From: Bacillota bacterium
Lineage (GTDB): Bacteria > Bacillota > SHA-98 > UBA4971
Length of the DNA: 64,000 bases
Reading direction: 5' to 3'
NCBI GenBank assembly: GCA_030024085.1
Contig: JASEJE010000015.1
Location: 14,375 to 78,374, forward strand
This document shows positions 43,132 to 54,878 of the stretch, in pieces (position 1 is the stretch's first letter; each line of letters starts with the position of its first letter). The notes under the pieces were generated by a model. It saw nothing but the letters and a program-made list of their open reading frames with translations. It was not told the origin of the DNA and did not search any database. The translations under genes were made by a program, and so were the position numbers.

Positions 43132-43551
43132 CTACGCCTTGGGCCGTTTGGCTCCGTACTTCGAACGCCCCTGCTTGCGGTTGGCCACTCCGGCTGCATC
43201 GAGGGTCCCCCGGATGATATGGTAACGAACGCCGGGGAGATCCTTCACCCTGCCGCCCCTGATGAGCACCACGGAGTGCTCCTGGAGGTTATGGCCTATC
43301 CCGGGGACGTAAGCCGTCACCTCGAGCTGGTTGGTGAGCCGCACCCTCGCGATCTTGCGCAGTGCGGAGTTGGGCTTCTTGGGCGTGGTGGTCCTCACCA
43401 CGGTACATACTCCCCTCTTCTGGGGAGACCCCTTCGCTGTGTACTCCGACCGCCGGACGTAAGAGTTGTAATGCCACCTGAGCGCAGGCGCTGACGACTT
43501 CCCTGCCGCCTTTTCACGGCCTTTGCGTATAAGCTGGTTGATGGTTGGCAC
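43132..43551 (-). CDS. rpsL: 30S ribosomal protein S12 (long Firmicute form)
   Basis: [23 protein letters not shown]. Confidence 0.98.
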   Translation of the reverse strand: MPTINQLIRKGREKAAGKSSAPALRWHYNSYVRRSEYTAKGSPQKRGVCTVVRTTTPKKPNSALRKIARVRLTNQLEVTAYVPGIGHNLQEHSVVLIRGGRVKDLPGVRYHIIRGTLDAAGVANRKQGRSKYGAKRPKA

Positions 43552-43662
43552 GCGACCTGGCACCTCCTTCCCTTGAGTCCTTCATACACAGAGCATGCCC
43601 CTTCCACCTCAGGGTGCAAGGGGCATGCAGGGTCGTCTGCTTCAGTCCTTGAAACCCCGGCT

Positions 43663-43914
43663 TCACTCCGCCAGGATGGCGGCCGAGGCCGCCCCTACTT
43701 CTATACCGCATGCTTTCCCGAGTTGCGCCATGGTGTCTACGTGGATGACCTGGACACCATTCGCCTTGCACAACTCTATCACGTTCTTTATGACTTTCTC
43801 TTCAGCGTCCCTGGCCAGGTAGATGACTTTCGCCTCTCCCCTTTCGAGAGCCTTGATGGTTTGCTTCGTGCCTACCGCCTTACGCTTCGCCATCTTCAAC
43901 TCGTCGTGGGACAT
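43663..43914 (-). CDS. ybxF: L7Ae/YbxF-family RNA-binding protein
   Basis: VGTKQTIKA, LGKACGIEVGA; conserved position before rpsL. Confidence 0.9.
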   Translation of the reverse strand: MSHDELKMAKRKAVGTKQTIKALERGEAKVIYLARDAEEKVIKNVIELCKANGVQVIHVDTMAQLGKACGIEVGAASAAILAE

Positions 43915-43992
43915 CTTGCGTCCTCTCTCCTCCCTGGAGTTCCTCTGCCAGACCCAGGACACCCGAGGACATGGCTCTTCGCACACGTTCAC

Positions 43993-44021
43993 ATTTTAGC
44001 ATCGCCTCGTGGCCCTGTCAA
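43993..44021 (-). promoter_or_regulatory. Sigma-A promoter for the ybxF-str operon
   Basis: TTGACA-N17-TAAAAT with TG extension. Confidence 0.8.
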
Positions 44022-44028
44022 GAAAACT

Positions 44029-47000
44029 TCAAGCCTTAGCCTCGACGTCGTCCTCTGTTCCGGCGTCAGCCCTGGCCTGCGAAAGCTCGCCGAGAGAGCG
44101 GCTCACGGGGCCGGGCACCGTGCCCGCCGACTCGAGGGACGGCCCCCCGGCGTCGCGGACGTCCTCGAGAAGGTCCCCTTCGTCTACCTCCTCACCCTGC
44201 GCAGCCTCTCCATCCTTGCCTGCCCTGTCCCGGGCGCCCTCCTCCGCAGCCACCTCTGCCTCCGCTCCTGCCTGTGCCGCTTCCTTCTCCTCCGCCTCGG
44301 CGACTTCTTCAGGCAGCACGGGTTTGACGTTGCGGTAGCGCGCCATGCCGGTGCCGGCCGGGATCAGCTTCCCGATGATGACGTTCTCCTTGAGCCCGAT
44401 GAGCGGGTCGGAGCGCCCCTTGATGGACGCCTCGGTGAGCACCCGCGTCGTCTCCTGGAAGGACGCAGCCGAGAGGAAGCTGTCAGTCGCAAGCGACGCC
44501 TTGGTGATGCCGAGGATGCCCGGTCGAGCCGTGGCAGGTCGCCCTCCGGCCTCCACCGCACGCCTGTTCTCGTCCTCGAAATCGAACATGTCGACCAGCC
44601 CGCCAGTGAGAAGGTCGGTGTCGCCGGGATCATCCACGCGCACCTTGCGGAGCATCTGGCGAACGACCACCTCGATGTGCTTGTCGTTGATCTCCACGCC
44701 CTGCGATCGGTATACGTCCTGCACCTGCCGCACGAGATAGTTCTGCACCGCCCGGACGCCCTTGACCCGCAGTATGTCGTGGGGGTTCAGCGAGCCCTCG
44801 GTTATCTGGTCGCCGGCGTATATCCTGTCGCCATCCTTGACCTCGAGCCTCGCACCGTACGGCACGGTGTAGGCTTTCTCCTCGCCCTGGTCTGTGCGGA
44901 CGATGACCTTGCGTGTGCCCTTGGTCTCGGTGATCCGCACCACGCCGTCGACCTCGCTTATGATCGCCTGGCCTTTCGGCTTGCGCGCCTCGAAGAGCTC
45001 CTCCACCCTCGGGAGGCCGTGGGTGATGTCGTCGCCCGCCACGCCGCCCGTGTGGAACGTCCTCATGGTAAGCTGCGTGCCCGGCTCGCCGATGGACTGC
45101 GCCGCGATTATGCCGACGGCCTCGCCCACCTCCACCATCCTGCCGGTGGCGAGGTTGCGCCCGTAGCACTTGACGCACACGCCGTACCTGGTGCGACAGG
45201 TGAGGGGCGAGCGTACCTTGACTTCCTCGATGCCCGCAAGCTCCATCGCCTTGGCCTGCTCCTCGACGATCTCCTCGCCGGCTTTCACAAGCACCTCACC
45301 GGTTTCAGGATGGACCACATCCTCGGCGGCGACGCGGCCGACCGCACGCTCCCGGAACGTCTCGACCACATCGTCACCCTGCCGGATGGCGCTCACCACT
45401 ATCCCATCGTCGGTGCCGCAGTCTTCCTCGCGGACGATGACGTCCTGCGCCACGTCCACCAGGCGCCGCGTGAGGTATCCGGAGTCGGCCGTCCGGAGCG
45501 CCGTATCGGCAAGGCCTTTACGCGTGCCGTGGGTCGAACTGAAGTATTCGAGCACCGTCAGGCCCTCGCGGAAGTTGGCCTTGATCGGGAAGTCGATGGT
45601 CCGCCCCGACGGGTCAGCCACAAGGCCCCTCATGCCAGCGAGCTGGCTGAGCTGCGAGATGTTGCCGCGGGCGCCGGACGTGGCCATCATGTACACCGGG
45701 TTGAACTTGTCGAGGTGCGCGATCATCGCTTCCTGGACCCTTTCGCGCGCCTCGGTCCAGCGGTCTATCACGAGCTGGTAGCGCTCATCGCTGGTGATGA
45801 GGCCGCGCTTGTGCTGCTGCTCGATGGCCTCGATCTTCTTTTCGGTTTCCCTGATGATGTCCTGCTTCTCAGGGGGTATGCTGATGTCCTCGATCCCCAC
45901 GGTCGTGCCGGACTGGGTCGCAGACCGGTACCCGATGCGCTTGAGGTTGTCGAGGATGTCAGCGGTCCTCGTGTTCCCATACTTGCGCTGGCACATGGCC
46001 ACGAGCTGCGCAAGGAACCCCTTGCTGGAAGGTCGCGTCGCCGGAGCCTCCCGTATCTGCTCGAGGATGGGCCTGCCCTCCCGCGCGTCGATGACGGTGC
46101 CGGTGAACACGGTCTCGTCCACGGCGTCCTCCACGGCGTTGTTGATGTACGGGAAATCATCCGGGAATATCGTGTTGAAGATGAGCTTCCCGACGGTCGT
46201 CACGAGAAGCTTACCTTTCTTATCGCCGTCGCTTATACCGAGGACGTTCTTCTTCGCAGGCATCCTCACGGCGATGCGCGCGTGCAGGGACACCGCGCCC
46301 TCCCTGTAAGCCATCACCGCTTCGTCAGGGCTCGCGAAGATCTTTCCCTCGCCTCTGCCGCCCTCCTGCTCGAGGGTGAGGTAGTAACAGCCGAGCACCA
46401 GGTCCTGCCCCGGGGTGGCGATGGGCTTGCCGTGAGCGGGCGAGAGGATGTTGTTCACCGATAGCATGAGCAGCCTCGCCTCGGCCTGCGCCTCAGCGGA
46501 GAGCGGCACGTGCACGGCCATCTGGTCGCCGTCGAAGTCAGCGTTGTACGCAGCGCACACCAGCGGGTGAATCTTTATGGCCTTGCCCTCCACGAGCACG
46601 GGCTCGAACGCCTGGATGCCCAGACGGTGAAGGGTGGGCGCGCGGTTGAGGAGCACAGGGTGGTCCTTGATGACGCCCTCGAGCACGTCCCACACCTCAT
46701 CGCGAACCCTCTCCACCATCCGCTTCGCGCTCTTGATGTTGTGGGCGTAACCCCGGTCCACGAGTTTCTTCATGACGAAGGGCTTGAAGAGCTCGAGCGC
46801 CATCTCCTTCGGAAGGCCGCACTGGTGCAGCTTGAGCTCGGGGCCCACAACGATGACGGACCGGCCCGAGTAGTCCACACGCTTGCCGAGGAGGTTCTGA
46901 CGGAACCGACCCTGCTTTCCTTTCAACATGTCGGAAAGTGACTTCAAAGGGCGACTGCCGGGACCCGTAACAGGCCTGCCGCGTCGGCCGTTGTCGATGA

Positions 47001-47883
47001 GAGCGTCAACCGCCTCCTGGAGCATGCGCTTCTCGTTTCTCACGATGATATCGGGCGCCTTCAGCTCGAGGAGCCTTTTCAGACGGTTGTTCCTGTTTAT
47101 CACTCGCCTGTAGAGGTCGTTCAGGTCAGACGTGGCAAACCTGCCTCCGTCCAGCTGCACCATGGGACGGAGGTCGGGCGGGATCACCGGGATGACGTCG
47201 AGAATCATCCTCTCAGGGCGGTTTCCGGACTTACGGAACGCCTCGACGACCTCCAGGCGCCTTGTCGCGCGCAGCCTCTTCTGGCCGGAGGAGTCACGGA
47301 TCTCGGCGCGCAGCTCCTCAGCAAGATCGTCGAGGTCGATCTCCTCGAGGAGCTTCTTTATGGCCTCCGCTCCCATGCCGGCCTCGAAGAGGTTGCCGAA
47401 CCTCTCTCGGTGCTCACGGTACTCGGCCTCGGACAGTAGCTGCTTCTTCGTGAGCGGGGTGTCCCCTGGATCGATCACGATGTAAGATGCAAAGTACACA
47501 ACCTTCTCGAGAGCGCGCGGAGACATGTCGAGGAGCAGCCCCATCCGGCTGGGAATGCCCTTGAAATACCAGATGTGGGTCACGGGCGCCGCGAGCTCGA
47601 TATGCCCCAGGCGCTCGCGCCGCACCTTTGACCGGGTCACCTCGACGCCGCACTTGTCGCAGACGATCCCCTTGTACCGGACCCTTTTGTACTTGCCGCA
47701 ATGGCACTCCCAGTCCCGGGTCGGTCCGAAGATCTTCTCGCAGAACAGACCCTCGCGTTCGGGCTTGAGCGTTCGGTAGTTGATGGTCTCGGGCTTCTTC
47801 ACCTCTCCGCTCGACCATTGCCTGATCTGCTCAGGGGACGCGAGGCCAATACGGATCTTGTCGAAGTTGTTGACGTCTAGCAC
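44029..47883 (-). CDS. rpoC: RNA polymerase beta' subunit
   Basis: NADFDGDQM, zinc finger, [13 protein letters not shown]; acidic C-terminal tail. Confidence 0.99.
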   Translation of the reverse strand: MLDVNNFDKIRIGLASPEQIRQWSSGEVKKPETINYRTLKPEREGLFCEKIFGPTRDWECHCGKYKRVRYKGIVCDKCGVEVTRSKVRRERLGHIELAAPVTHIWYFKGIPSRMGLLLDMSPRALEKVVYFASYIVIDPGDTPLTKKQLLSEAEYREHRERFGNLFEAGMGAEAIKKLLEEIDLDDLAEELRAEIRDSSGQKRLRATRRLEVVEAFRKSGNRPERMILDVIPVIPPDLRPMVQLDGGRFATSDLNDLYRRVINRNNRLKRLLELKAPDIIVRNEKRMLQEAVDALIDNGRRGRPVTGPGSRPLKSLSDMLKGKQGRFRQNLLGKRVDYSGRSVIVVGPELKLHQCGLPKEMALELFKPFVMKKLVDRGYAHNIKSAKRMVERVRDEVWDVLEGVIKDHPVLLNRAPTLHRLGIQAFEPVLVEGKAIKIHPLVCAAYNADFDGDQMAVHVPLSAEAQAEARLLMLSVNNILSPAHGKPIATPGQDLVLGCYYLTLEQEGGRGEGKIFASPDEAVMAYREGAVSLHARIAVRMPAKKNVLGISDGDKKGKLLVTTVGKLIFNTIFPDDFPYINNAVEDAVDETVFTGTVIDAREGRPILEQIREAPATRPSSKGFLAQLVAMCQRKYGNTRTADILDNLKRIGYRSATQSGTTVGIEDISIPPEKQDIIRETEKKIEAIEQQHKRGLITSDERYQLVIDRWTEARERVQEAMIAHLDKFNPVYMMATSGARGNISQLSQLAGMRGLVADPSGRTIDFPIKANFREGLTVLEYFSSTHGTRKGLADTALRTADSGYLTRRLVDVAQDVIVREEDCGTDDGIVVSAIRQGDDVVETFRERAVGRVAAEDVVHPETGEVLVKAGEEIVEEQAKAMELAGIEEVKVRSPLTCRTRYGVCVKCYGRNLATGRMVEVGEAVGIIAAQSIGEPGTQLTMRTFHTGGVAGDDITHGLPRVEELFEARKPKGQAIISEVDGVVRITETKGTRKVIVRTDQGEEKAYTVPYGARLEVKDGDRIYAGDQITEGSLNPHDILRVKGVRAVQNYLVRQVQDVYRSQGVEINDKHIEVVVRQMLRKVRVDDPGDTDLLTGGLVDMFDFEDENRRAVEAGGRPATARPGILGITKASLATDSFLSAASFQETTRVLTEASIKGRSDPLIGLKENVIIGKLIPAGTGMARYRNVKPVLPEEVAEAEEKEAAQAGAEAEVAAEEGARDRAGKDGEAAQGEEVDEGDLLEDVRDAGGPSLESAGTVPGPVSRSLGELSQARADAGTEDDVEAKA

Positions 47884-47907
47884 CGGCCTCTCCTCCTCTC
47901 CCTCACG

Positions 47908-50900
47908 CTATGCGCGCTCGCCGTCATCGTCGCCGGCGTCGTCCTCGTCCTCATCGTCGAAAACGCCCCCCAGGTCGTCTTCCTTGCCTTCGCCTTCCTC
48001 TTCGTCTTCGTCTTCGTCTTCGTCTTCGTCTTCGTCTTCGCCCTCGTCTTCGTTCTCGTCTGCGTAGTAGGCATCGTCTTCCTCGTCTGCTTCGAGCTCG
48101 TCCTCGTACCCGGGTTCGCCTTCGACTTCCGTGTCATCCTCGGCGGCCTCATCGGACACCTCGACCCCCGCGGCAACCCCGGTCGCAGCCGCACCTACAT
48201 CGTCTTCCTCCTCCACGCCTTCCTCATCTTCTCCGGACATCGGTGCCTCGTGAATGGTCATGCCGAGCGCCTCGCCGTCTTCTCCGGCCTCAAGGCCCAC
48301 CTCGTCTCCGTCTTCGTCCATGTCTTCGTCTTCATCTTCTGGAAACCTGGACTCCGCCCGGCGCGGGACGAAGAGGCGTTCCTCAGGGAGCAGTTCGTCG
48401 GTCTCCCTGCCTTCGATGTCGATGCCAAGGTCCCTGGCGGTGTCGGCGATGTCATCGTCGGACTCGCCGATCTCGATCTCGCGTTCGTCCTCGCTCAGCA
48501 CCTTGACATCCAGCGCCAGGCTCTGAAGCTCTTTTATGAGAACCTTGAACGACTCGGGCACGCCGGGCTCGGGCACGTTCTCGCCCTTCACCACGGCCTC
48601 ATACGTTTTCACGCGGCCCACCACGTCGTCGGATTTCACTGTAAGGAGTTCCTGGAGAGTGAAAGCCGCGCCATATGCCTCGAGAGCCCATACCTCCATC
48701 TCTCCAAACCTCTGGCCGCCGAACTGGGCCTTGCCCCCCAGCGGCTGCTGGGTCACGAGGGAGTACGGACCCGTGGATCGAGCGTGGATCTTGTCGTCCA
48801 CGAGGTGGAGCAGTTTCATCAGGTAAGCGTAGCCCACGGTTATCGGGTTGTCGAACGGCTCGCCGGTGCGGCCGTCATACAGAACCGTCTTCCCGTTGGC
48901 CGGCAACCCCGCGTCTTCTAGAGCTTCGAGGATCTCGTTCTCCGTGGCTCCGTCGAATACTGCGCTCGCCACCGGGGTGTCCATGACCTTCGCAACCCAC
49001 CCGAGGTGTGTTTCCAGCACCTGTCCGAGGTTCATTCGAGACGGCACCCCGAGTGGGTTCAGCACCACTTCTATGGGTGTTCCGTCCGGCATGAACGGCA
49101 TATCCTCTTCAGGCAGGATCCTGGCTATGACACCCTTGTTGCCATGACGCCCGGCCATCTTGTCGCCCTCGGAGACCTTACGTTTCTGGGCGATGTATAC
49201 GCGAACGAGGCGGTTCACGCCCGGGCCCAGCTCATCGCCGGCTTCCCGCGAGAACACGTACACCGCCACCACCTTGCCGGACTCCCCGTGAGGCACCCGC
49301 AGAGAGGTATCCCTCACCTCGCGCGCCTTCTCGCCGAAGATGGCGCGAAGCAGGCGCTCCTCCGCGGTGAGTTCCGTTTCACCCTTCGGCGTGACCTTGC
49401 CCACGAGGATGTCTCCGGGGCGCACGTAAGCCCCTGCGCGGATGATGCCCCGCTCGTCGAGGTCCTTGAGGGCCTCCTCGCCCACGTTGGGAATGTCCCT
49501 CGTGATCTCCTCGGAGCCCAGCTTGGTGTCGCGCGCCTCGCACTCGTACTCCTCTATATGAATGGACGTGAAGGTGTCCTCCTTCACCAGCTTCTCGCTT
49601 ATGAGGATGGCGTCCTCGTAGTTGTAACCCTCCCAGGGCAGGAACGCCACGAGCACGTTCCGGCCAAGGGCCATCTCTCCGTTATCGGTCGAAGGGCCGT
49701 CCGCGATGACGTCTCCCCGTTCCACCCGTTCCCCCTTCCGGACGATGGGCTTCTGGTTTATGCACGTCCCCTGGTTCGACCTCATGAACTTGAGAAGCTT
49801 GTATGTGTCAGTGCCACCGGTGTCGGTCTCGATGACGATCTCGTCCGAGGACGCGCTCACCACCTGGCCGCTGTTCCGGGCAAGCACCACAGCGCCGGAG
49901 TCGACAGCGGCCTTGTACTCCATGCCCGTGCCGACGAGCGGAGCCTCACTGCGAACGAGCGGGACGGCCTGGCGCTGCATGTTCGACCCCATGAGCGCGC
50001 GGCCTGCGTCGTCGTTCTCGAGGAACGGGATGAGCGCAGTCGCGATACTCACGATCTGCTTGGGCGACACGTCCATGAAGTCGACCTGATCTCCGGGGAC
50101 CTCCATGATCTGGTCCTTGTAACGGGCAGCGACCTTGGGGTTGGCGAACGATCCGTCCGCGTTGATGGGTTCGTTCGCCTGGGCTATGACGTACTTGTCT
50201 TCCTCGTCGGCCGTGAGGTAGAGGATCTCCTCTGTGACCTTCCCATCGACGACCCTCCGGTAAGGCGTCTCGATGAAGCCGTACTCGTTTATCCGCGCGT
50301 ACGTACACAGCGCGCCGATGAGCCCGATGTTGGGACCTTCAGGCGTCTCCACGGGACACATACGCCCGTAATGCGAGTGGTGGACGTCGCGCACTTCAAA
50401 CCCTGCCCTCTCCCGGCTGAGGCCTCCAGGGCCCAGCGCCGAGAGGCGTCTCTTGTGCGTCAGCTCCGCGAGGGGGTTGGTCTGGTCCATGAACTGCGAG
50501 AGCTGGCTCGACCCGAAGAACTCCTTGATGGCCGCCACCACAGGCCTGATATTGATGAGCGTCTGGGGGGTGACCACGTCCACGTCCTGGATGGTCATCC
50601 TCTCCCTGACCACGCGCTCCATACGGGAAAGGCCTATCCTGAACTGGTTCTGCAGTAGTTCCCCCACGGACTTCAGGCGCCTGTTGCCCAGGTGGTCTAT
50701 GTCATCGGTGCCGCCGACGCCCCGTATCAGGCCGAGCTGGTAGTTGACGGCTGCGATGATGTCCTCACGCGTTATGGTTTTCAGGTCGGGCGACGGGAAG
50801 CCGTTGTCGACGACCTTGACCGGGTTGCCGTCGGGGTCGGCCACCACGGCTGTGAGGACCGTACCTCTCCCCGGTCCCCCGGCCGCCTGCTGAAGGGCCA

Positions 50901-51840
50901 TCGCAGCCTTTCTGTCCACCTTTTGCCCTGCGTCGAGGAGCACCTCCCCTGTGGAAGGGTCGATGAGGGGCTCCAGCAGGGTGAGGCCCACCAGCCTTTC
51001 GCTCAGCGAAAGCTTCTTGTTGAGCTTGTAGCGTCCGACAGCGGCGAGGTCATAGCGCCTGGGGTCAAAGAAGAGCGTCTCGAAGAGCGAGCGCGCGCTC
51101 TCCTCAGTAGGCGGCTCGCCTGGACGCAGACGCTTGTAAATCTCTACGAGGCCGTCAGCCTCTGACTCCGTGTTGTCGCGATCGAGGGTGTTGCGTATAG
51201 CCTCGCTGTCGCCCAGCAGATCGATGATCTGGGCCTCGGTGCCGTAGCCCAGGGCGCGGATGAGCACGGTGACAGGCAGCTTACGGGTACGATCAACGCG
51301 CACCCATATGCACTCCTGGGAGTCCATCTCCAGCTCCAGCCAGGCGCCCCTGTTCGGGATGACGCTGGCCGAAAACAGGGCCTTGCCGTTGGGGTCTATC
51401 GTGCGCCCGTAGTACACCCCCGGCGACCGGACGAGCTGGCTTACGATGACCCGCTCCGCGCCGTTGATGATGAACGTGCCCTTGTCTGTCATGAGCGGGA
51501 ATTCGCCCATGAACACCTCCTGCTCCTTGACCTCGCCCGTCTCCCTGTTGATGAGGCGGACGCGCACCTTGAGAGGAGCGGAGTAGGTTACGTCTCTCTG
51601 CTTGCACTCTTCCACGGAGTACTTAGCGTCGCCGAGCGAGTAGTCCACGAACTCCAGGATGAGGTTGCCGGTGAAGTCCTGGATGGGTGAGATGTCCCGG
51701 AACGTCTCTAGCAGGCCCTCGGAGAGAAACCAGTCGTAGGACCGTTGCTGGATCTCGATCAGGTTTGGAACGTCGAGAACCTCGTCGATCTTGGAGAAGC
51801 TTAGCCGTTGCCGCCTGCCGACCTGTGTCATAACGGCCAT
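47908..51840 (-). CDS. rpoB: RNA polymerase beta subunit
   Basis: [26 protein letters not shown]; very long acidic C-terminal tail. Confidence 0.99.
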   Translation of the reverse strand: MAVMTQVGRRQRLSFSKIDEVLDVPNLIEIQQRSYDWFLSEGLLETFRDISPIQDFTGNLILEFVDYSLGDAKYSVEECKQRDVTYSAPLKVRVRLINRETGEVKEQEVFMGEFPLMTDKGTFIINGAERVIVSQLVRSPGVYYGRTIDPNGKALFSASVIPNRGAWLELEMDSQECIWVRVDRTRKLPVTVLIRALGYGTEAQIIDLLGDSEAIRNTLDRDNTESEADGLVEIYKRLRPGEPPTEESARSLFETLFFDPRRYDLAAVGRYKLNKKLSLSERLVGLTLLEPLIDPSTGEVLLDAGQKVDRKAAMALQQAAGGPGRGTVLTAVVADPDGNPVKVVDNGFPSPDLKTITREDIIAAVNYQLGLIRGVGGTDDIDHLGNRRLKSVGELLQNQFRIGLSRMERVVRERMTIQDVDVVTPQTLINIRPVVAAIKEFFGSSQLSQFMDQTNPLAELTHKRRLSALGPGGLSRERAGFEVRDVHHSHYGRMCPVETPEGPNIGLIGALCTYARINEYGFIETPYRRVVDGKVTEEILYLTADEEDKYVIAQANEPINADGSFANPKVAARYKDQIMEVPGDQVDFMDVSPKQIVSIATALIPFLENDDAGRALMGSNMQRQAVPLVRSEAPLVGTGMEYKAAVDSGAVVLARNSGQVVSASSDEIVIETDTGGTDTYKLLKFMRSNQGTCINQKPIVRKGERVERGDVIADGPSTDNGEMALGRNVLVAFLPWEGYNYEDAILISEKLVKEDTFTSIHIEEYECEARDTKLGSEEITRDIPNVGEEALKDLDERGIIRAGAYVRPGDILVGKVTPKGETELTAEERLLRAIFGEKAREVRDTSLRVPHGESGKVVAVYVFSREAGDELGPGVNRLVRVYIAQKRKVSEGDKMAGRHGNKGVIARILPEEDMPFMPDGTPIEVVLNPLGVPSRMNLGQVLETHLGWVAKVMDTPVASAVFDGATENEILEALEDAGLPANGKTVLYDGRTGEPFDNPITVGYAYLMKLLHLVDDKIHARSTGPYSLVTQQPLGGKAQFGGQRFGEMEVWALEAYGAAFTLQELLTVKSDDVVGRVKTYEAVVKGENVPEPGVPESFKVLIKELQSLALDVKVLSEDEREIEIGESDDDIADTARDLGIDIEGRETDELLPEERLFVPRRAESRFPEDEDEDMDEDGDEVGLEAGEDGEALGMTIHEAPMSGEDEEGVEEEDDVGAAATGVAAGVEVSDEAAEDDTEVEGEPGYEDELEADEEDDAYYADENEDEGEDEDEDEDEDEDEEEGEGKEDDLGGVFDDEDEDDAGDDDGERA
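47999..48040. repeat. (TCTTCG)7 tandem repeat encoding (ED)n in the RpoB tail
   Basis: Seven exact hexamer copies. Confidence 0.9.
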
Positions 51841-52023
51841 CCTGTCACGCTCCTATCTCCCACCGAAATGTGAGCGGATGACAACACTATAAGCAGGTCA
51901 CGAGAAGTTCCCTGCTATCAGCGCCTGAGAAATTTGGTTTGGATGAAGGAAAAGAAGGGTCTCACGTAGTATTAATAAGTCAGATGGGAAAAATGCGCCT
52001 GACTCAGGTTGTCGCATTCTTTA

Positions 52024-52052
52024 ATGCTAACAGACGATCTGAGCCGTGTCAA
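52024..52052 (-). promoter_or_regulatory. Sigma-A promoter for rpoBC
   Basis: TTGACA-N17-TAGCAT with TG extension. Confidence 0.7.
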
Positions 52053-52056
52053 GCGC

Positions 52057-52092
52057 AAAGGGGAGCCCGTGTCGCCTTCACGGGCGCCCCTT
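52057..52092 (-). terminator. Intrinsic terminator after rplL
   Basis: GGGG.GCCCGTG hairpin followed by TTT on the minus strand. Confidence 0.55.
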
Positions 52093-52113
52093 GTCCGTGT
52101 ACATCGGATCTCT

Positions 52114-52491
52114 CTACTTTATCTCCACGGTTGCCCCTTCTTCTTCGAGTTTCGCCTTTATCGCCTCGGCCTCTTCCTTCTTGACGCCTTCCTTGACAGG
52201 CTTCGGCGCTCCCTCAACGAGCTCCTTGGCTTCCTTCAGCCCAAGACCAGTCAGCTCGCGCACGACCTTGAGGACCGGGATCTTCTTGGCGCCTGCGTCC
52301 ACCAGGATGACGTCGAACTCGGTTTTCTCTTCGACCTCGGCTGCGGGCGCCGCTGCCGCCGCGGGACCGGCAGCGACGGCCACGGGCGCCGCCGCGCTGA
52401 CCCCGAACTTCTCCTCGATTGCCTTTACCAGCTCCGACAGCTCCAGCACGGTCATGTTGGCGATTGCCTCGATAATCTCATCTTTCGTCAT
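52114..52491 (-). CDS. rplL: 50S ribosomal protein L7/L12
   Basis: [30 protein letters not shown]. Confidence 0.98.
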   Translation of the reverse strand: MTKDEIIEAIANMTVLELSELVKAIEEKFGVSAAAPVAVAAGPAAAAAPAAEVEEKTEFDVILVDAGAKKIPVLKVVRELTGLGLKEAKELVEGAPKPVKEGVKKEEAEAIKAKLEEEGATVEIK

Positions 52492-52548
52492 TTCGTATCT
52501 CTCCTTCATTCATAGATCATACATAGATCACAGTCTTCTTCATGCTCC

Positions 52549-53094
52549 TCAGGCGGGTGCCCCTTCTCCTGCCCCTTCCCTCTGGCGCCTCACGGCGTCG
52601 ATAGCATAGGCGAGGTTACGCATTGTGCCCGCAAGGGCGCGAGCAAGACCCGATATGGGTGCGGCCATTGTCGCTGCCACGCGGCCGAGCATGACCTCGC
52701 GGGATGGCAATTCGGCAAGGCTGCGCACATCGTCCGGGCCTATGACCTTTCCTTGCAACGCTCCGCCCTTGATCTCCATCTCCTTGTGCTCGCGGGTGAA
52801 CTCCGAGATGATCTTGGCGGGAGCCACCGGGTCGCCCAGGGCGAACGCGATCGCCGTGGGTCCCTCGAGATACCGTTCCAGGTCGCCCAGGCCGACCTCC
52901 TTCGATGCGATACGGGTAAGCGTGTTCTTGACGACCTTGAGCTCGACGTCAGCCTCACCGAGCTTTCTGCGGAGTTCGGTGAGGGTACTGACGTTCAGCC
53001 CGCGGTAGTTGGTGAGCACGACACCCTGGGACTTCGCGAGTTTCTCCCTGATTTCCTGTACTGCGGCTTCCTTCTCCGGCTTTGGCAATTCCAA
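52549..53094 (-). CDS. rplJ: 50S ribosomal protein L10
   Basis: YRGL, VVKNTL, GPTAIAF, LPSRE; TTG start (53094 or 53088). Confidence 0.96.
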   Translation of the reverse strand: MELPKPEKEAAVQEIREKLAKSQGVVLTNYRGLNVSTLTELRRKLGEADVELKVVKNTLTRIASKEVGLGDLERYLEGPTAIAFALGDPVAPAKIISEFTREHKEMEIKGGALQGKVIGPDDVRSLAELPSREVMLGRVAATMAAPISGLARALAGTMRNLAYAIDAVRRQREGAGEGAPA

Positions 53095-53307
53095 CTGGCA
53101 CCTCCTTTCGCTCTGTCGCTCAAGTAAGTCGCTCAGGTGACAGGTGAGAACCATTCGGACCTGACACTCGGACCTGCCTCATCGAGACGGCCACATCCCG
53201 CGGCACGGGGCACCATCAACCCCGTCGCGACCGTCAACTCACAAGTGCTTCTGATTCCTGGCTCCTGACCATGCACCTGGTGACCACATACACGTATGCA
53301 TAAACGT

Positions 53308-53340
53308 AAAGAGGCTCCCGCAAGACATGCGGGGGCCTCT
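53308..53340 (-). terminator. Attenuator-like hairpin in the rplJ leader
   Basis: GAGGCCCCCGCA...TGCGGGAGCCTC followed by TTTACGTTT. Confidence 0.6.
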
Positions 53341-53513
53341 CGACAGGCGCATGAACACCGATGGCATGCCTCGTTCCACGCCGGCTGCCCGCAGCCGTTC
53401 CCCTGGCAGCACAGACACCAGTCTTCCAGCCGGCCCTTGCGGCTGGCGTGCGGCCTGCGCCCAGGTCTCCGACGGCCTGCGCTCATGCTTCCACTACGAC
53501 GCCTGTCCCCCGA

Positions 53514-53666
53514 CCTCGGCGGGCGAGCCTTTGCGCCACTCTGCGCCACTTTGCGCTAGGCCTCTATGCCAGGCCTCTACAAGACATGGCGCCACGCGGC
53601 TCATTAGGTTCGAGTCGCCCGAAGGCGCCCTGGCCCCGGTCTCCTCGAACACCCGCTGTCTTGGGT
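53514..53666 (-). promoter_or_regulatory. L10 leader (autoregulatory element) with ~124-nt loop insertion
   Basis: ACCCAAGACAGCGGGTG ... CGCCCGCCGAGG match the two halves of the Firmicute L10 leader and pair with each other. Confidence 0.65.
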
Positions 53667-53953
53667 CATGGAAAGCGCGCTTTTACGCGTATTCACTTTT
53701 CAGTCAACGTCCACCATCCATCGCTCGCAGGCCCTCACCGACCGTGCACGAACTCGCCGATCGGCGCCGCTTTCGCCCTGCCGCTGGATTCGGCACCGAC
53801 GCTCATGCGGCGGGGCCTCAGAACCGCGCCACTCGCCTGCGGGCCATGTCTTGGCGGATGCATCGCGGATGCATCAGAGTCGCTCAGCGCACTGGCTGCG
53901 CGCCACCTCTGCGCCTGCCGTGCACCTGCAGGGATCCTGGCATCAACCTGTTG

Positions 53954-54664
53954 CTATCTTTCGGCAGAGATGGTGGCGGCCTGCACCGGGCTTATCTTGA
54001 CGCCGGGGCCCATGGTCGTCGAGACTACCACGCTCTTAACGTAAGTCCCCCGGGCTGCAGGTGGCTTGGCCTTGATGAGCGCGTCCATGAGGGCTCCCAG
54101 GTTCCCCAGGAGCCTCGAGGCCTCGAACGAAGCCTTGCCGATGGGGACGTGCACGATGCCCGCCTTGTCCGCACGGTACTCCACCTTACCGGCTTTGATA
54201 TCCTGGATGGCCCTGGCGACCTCGAACGTGACAGTGCCGGTCTTCGGGTTGGGCATCAGGCCCCTCGGACCGAGGATGCGGCCGAGCCGACCAACGACGC
54301 CCATCATGTCGGGAGTGGCAACCGCCACGTCGAAATCCATCCAGCCACCCTGAACTCTCTCTGCGAGGTCCTCAGCGCCCACATAGTCAGCGCCCGCGGC
54401 CTCGGCCTCCTTCGCCTTCTCACCCTTGGCGAAGACGGCCACTCTCACGGTCTTGCCGGTGCCGTACGGGAGAACTACCGCCCCTCGAACCTGCTGGTCA
54501 GACCGCTTTGTGTCGATCCCGAGCCTCACCGAGGCCTCCACCGTCTCATCGAACTTGGCTGTCGCCGTCTTCTTCACGATTTCAACAGCCTCGGAAGGTG
54601 AGTAGAGCTGCTGCTTATCGTATTGCTTCAAAGCTTCCTGGTATCTCTTGCCACGCTCTGCCAT
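53954..54664 (-). CDS. rplA: 50S ribosomal protein L1
   Basis: [29 protein letters not shown]. Confidence 0.98.
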   Translation of the reverse strand: MAERGKRYQEALKQYDKQQLYSPSEAVEIVKKTATAKFDETVEASVRLGIDTKRSDQQVRGAVVLPYGTGKTVRVAVFAKGEKAKEAEAAGADYVGAEDLAERVQGGWMDFDVAVATPDMMGVVGRLGRILGPRGLMPNPKTGTVTFEVARAIQDIKAGKVEYRADKAGIVHVPIGKASFEASRLLGNLGALMDALIKAKPPAARGTYVKSVVVSTTMGPGVKISPVQAATISAER

Positions 54665-54678
54665 AATCGAACCTCCTT

Positions 54679-54705
54679 GTGGTCCAGACGGATTGCTCCT
54701 CCCAC
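54679..54705 (-). promoter_or_regulatory. L1-binding operator upstream of rplA
   Basis: GTGGGAGGA...TCCGTCTGGACCAC just before the AAGGAGG RBS; typical Firmicute location. Confidence 0.6.
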
Positions 54706-54750
54706 CAAAACTACGTGTATCGTCGCGCAGCAGCGTCCCATTACATTGCG

Positions 54751-54775
54751 TTCCGTTCCGTTCCGTTCCGTTCCG
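54751..54775. repeat. (TTCCG)5 microsatellite in the rplK-rplA spacer
   Basis: Five exact pentamer copies. Confidence 0.9.
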
Positions 54776-54878
54776 CACCGTCCAGCCCCACCCGGCCTGG
54801 CGAGCGCGGCGAGCCCGGACGCTGCATGGCTGTATGAACATGGGCGTTGCCCTGCGCGAGCTTGAATACCGCGGCGCT

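Noticed and set aside
43430-43480. Insertion in S12 ([13 protein letters not shown])
   Set aside because: Corresponds to the known Firmicute S12 insertion
43573-46464. 963-aa plus-strand ORF (and similar ones at 49006-50658, 18853-20511, 2792-4081)
   Set aside because: Antisense shadows of rpoC, rpoB, truA and ald caused by high-GC codon bias; no motifs or RBS
50420-50520. Rifampicin-resistance changes in RpoB; streptomycin changes in S12
   Set aside because: The RRDR ([20 protein letters not shown]) and the S12 lysine motifs look wild type
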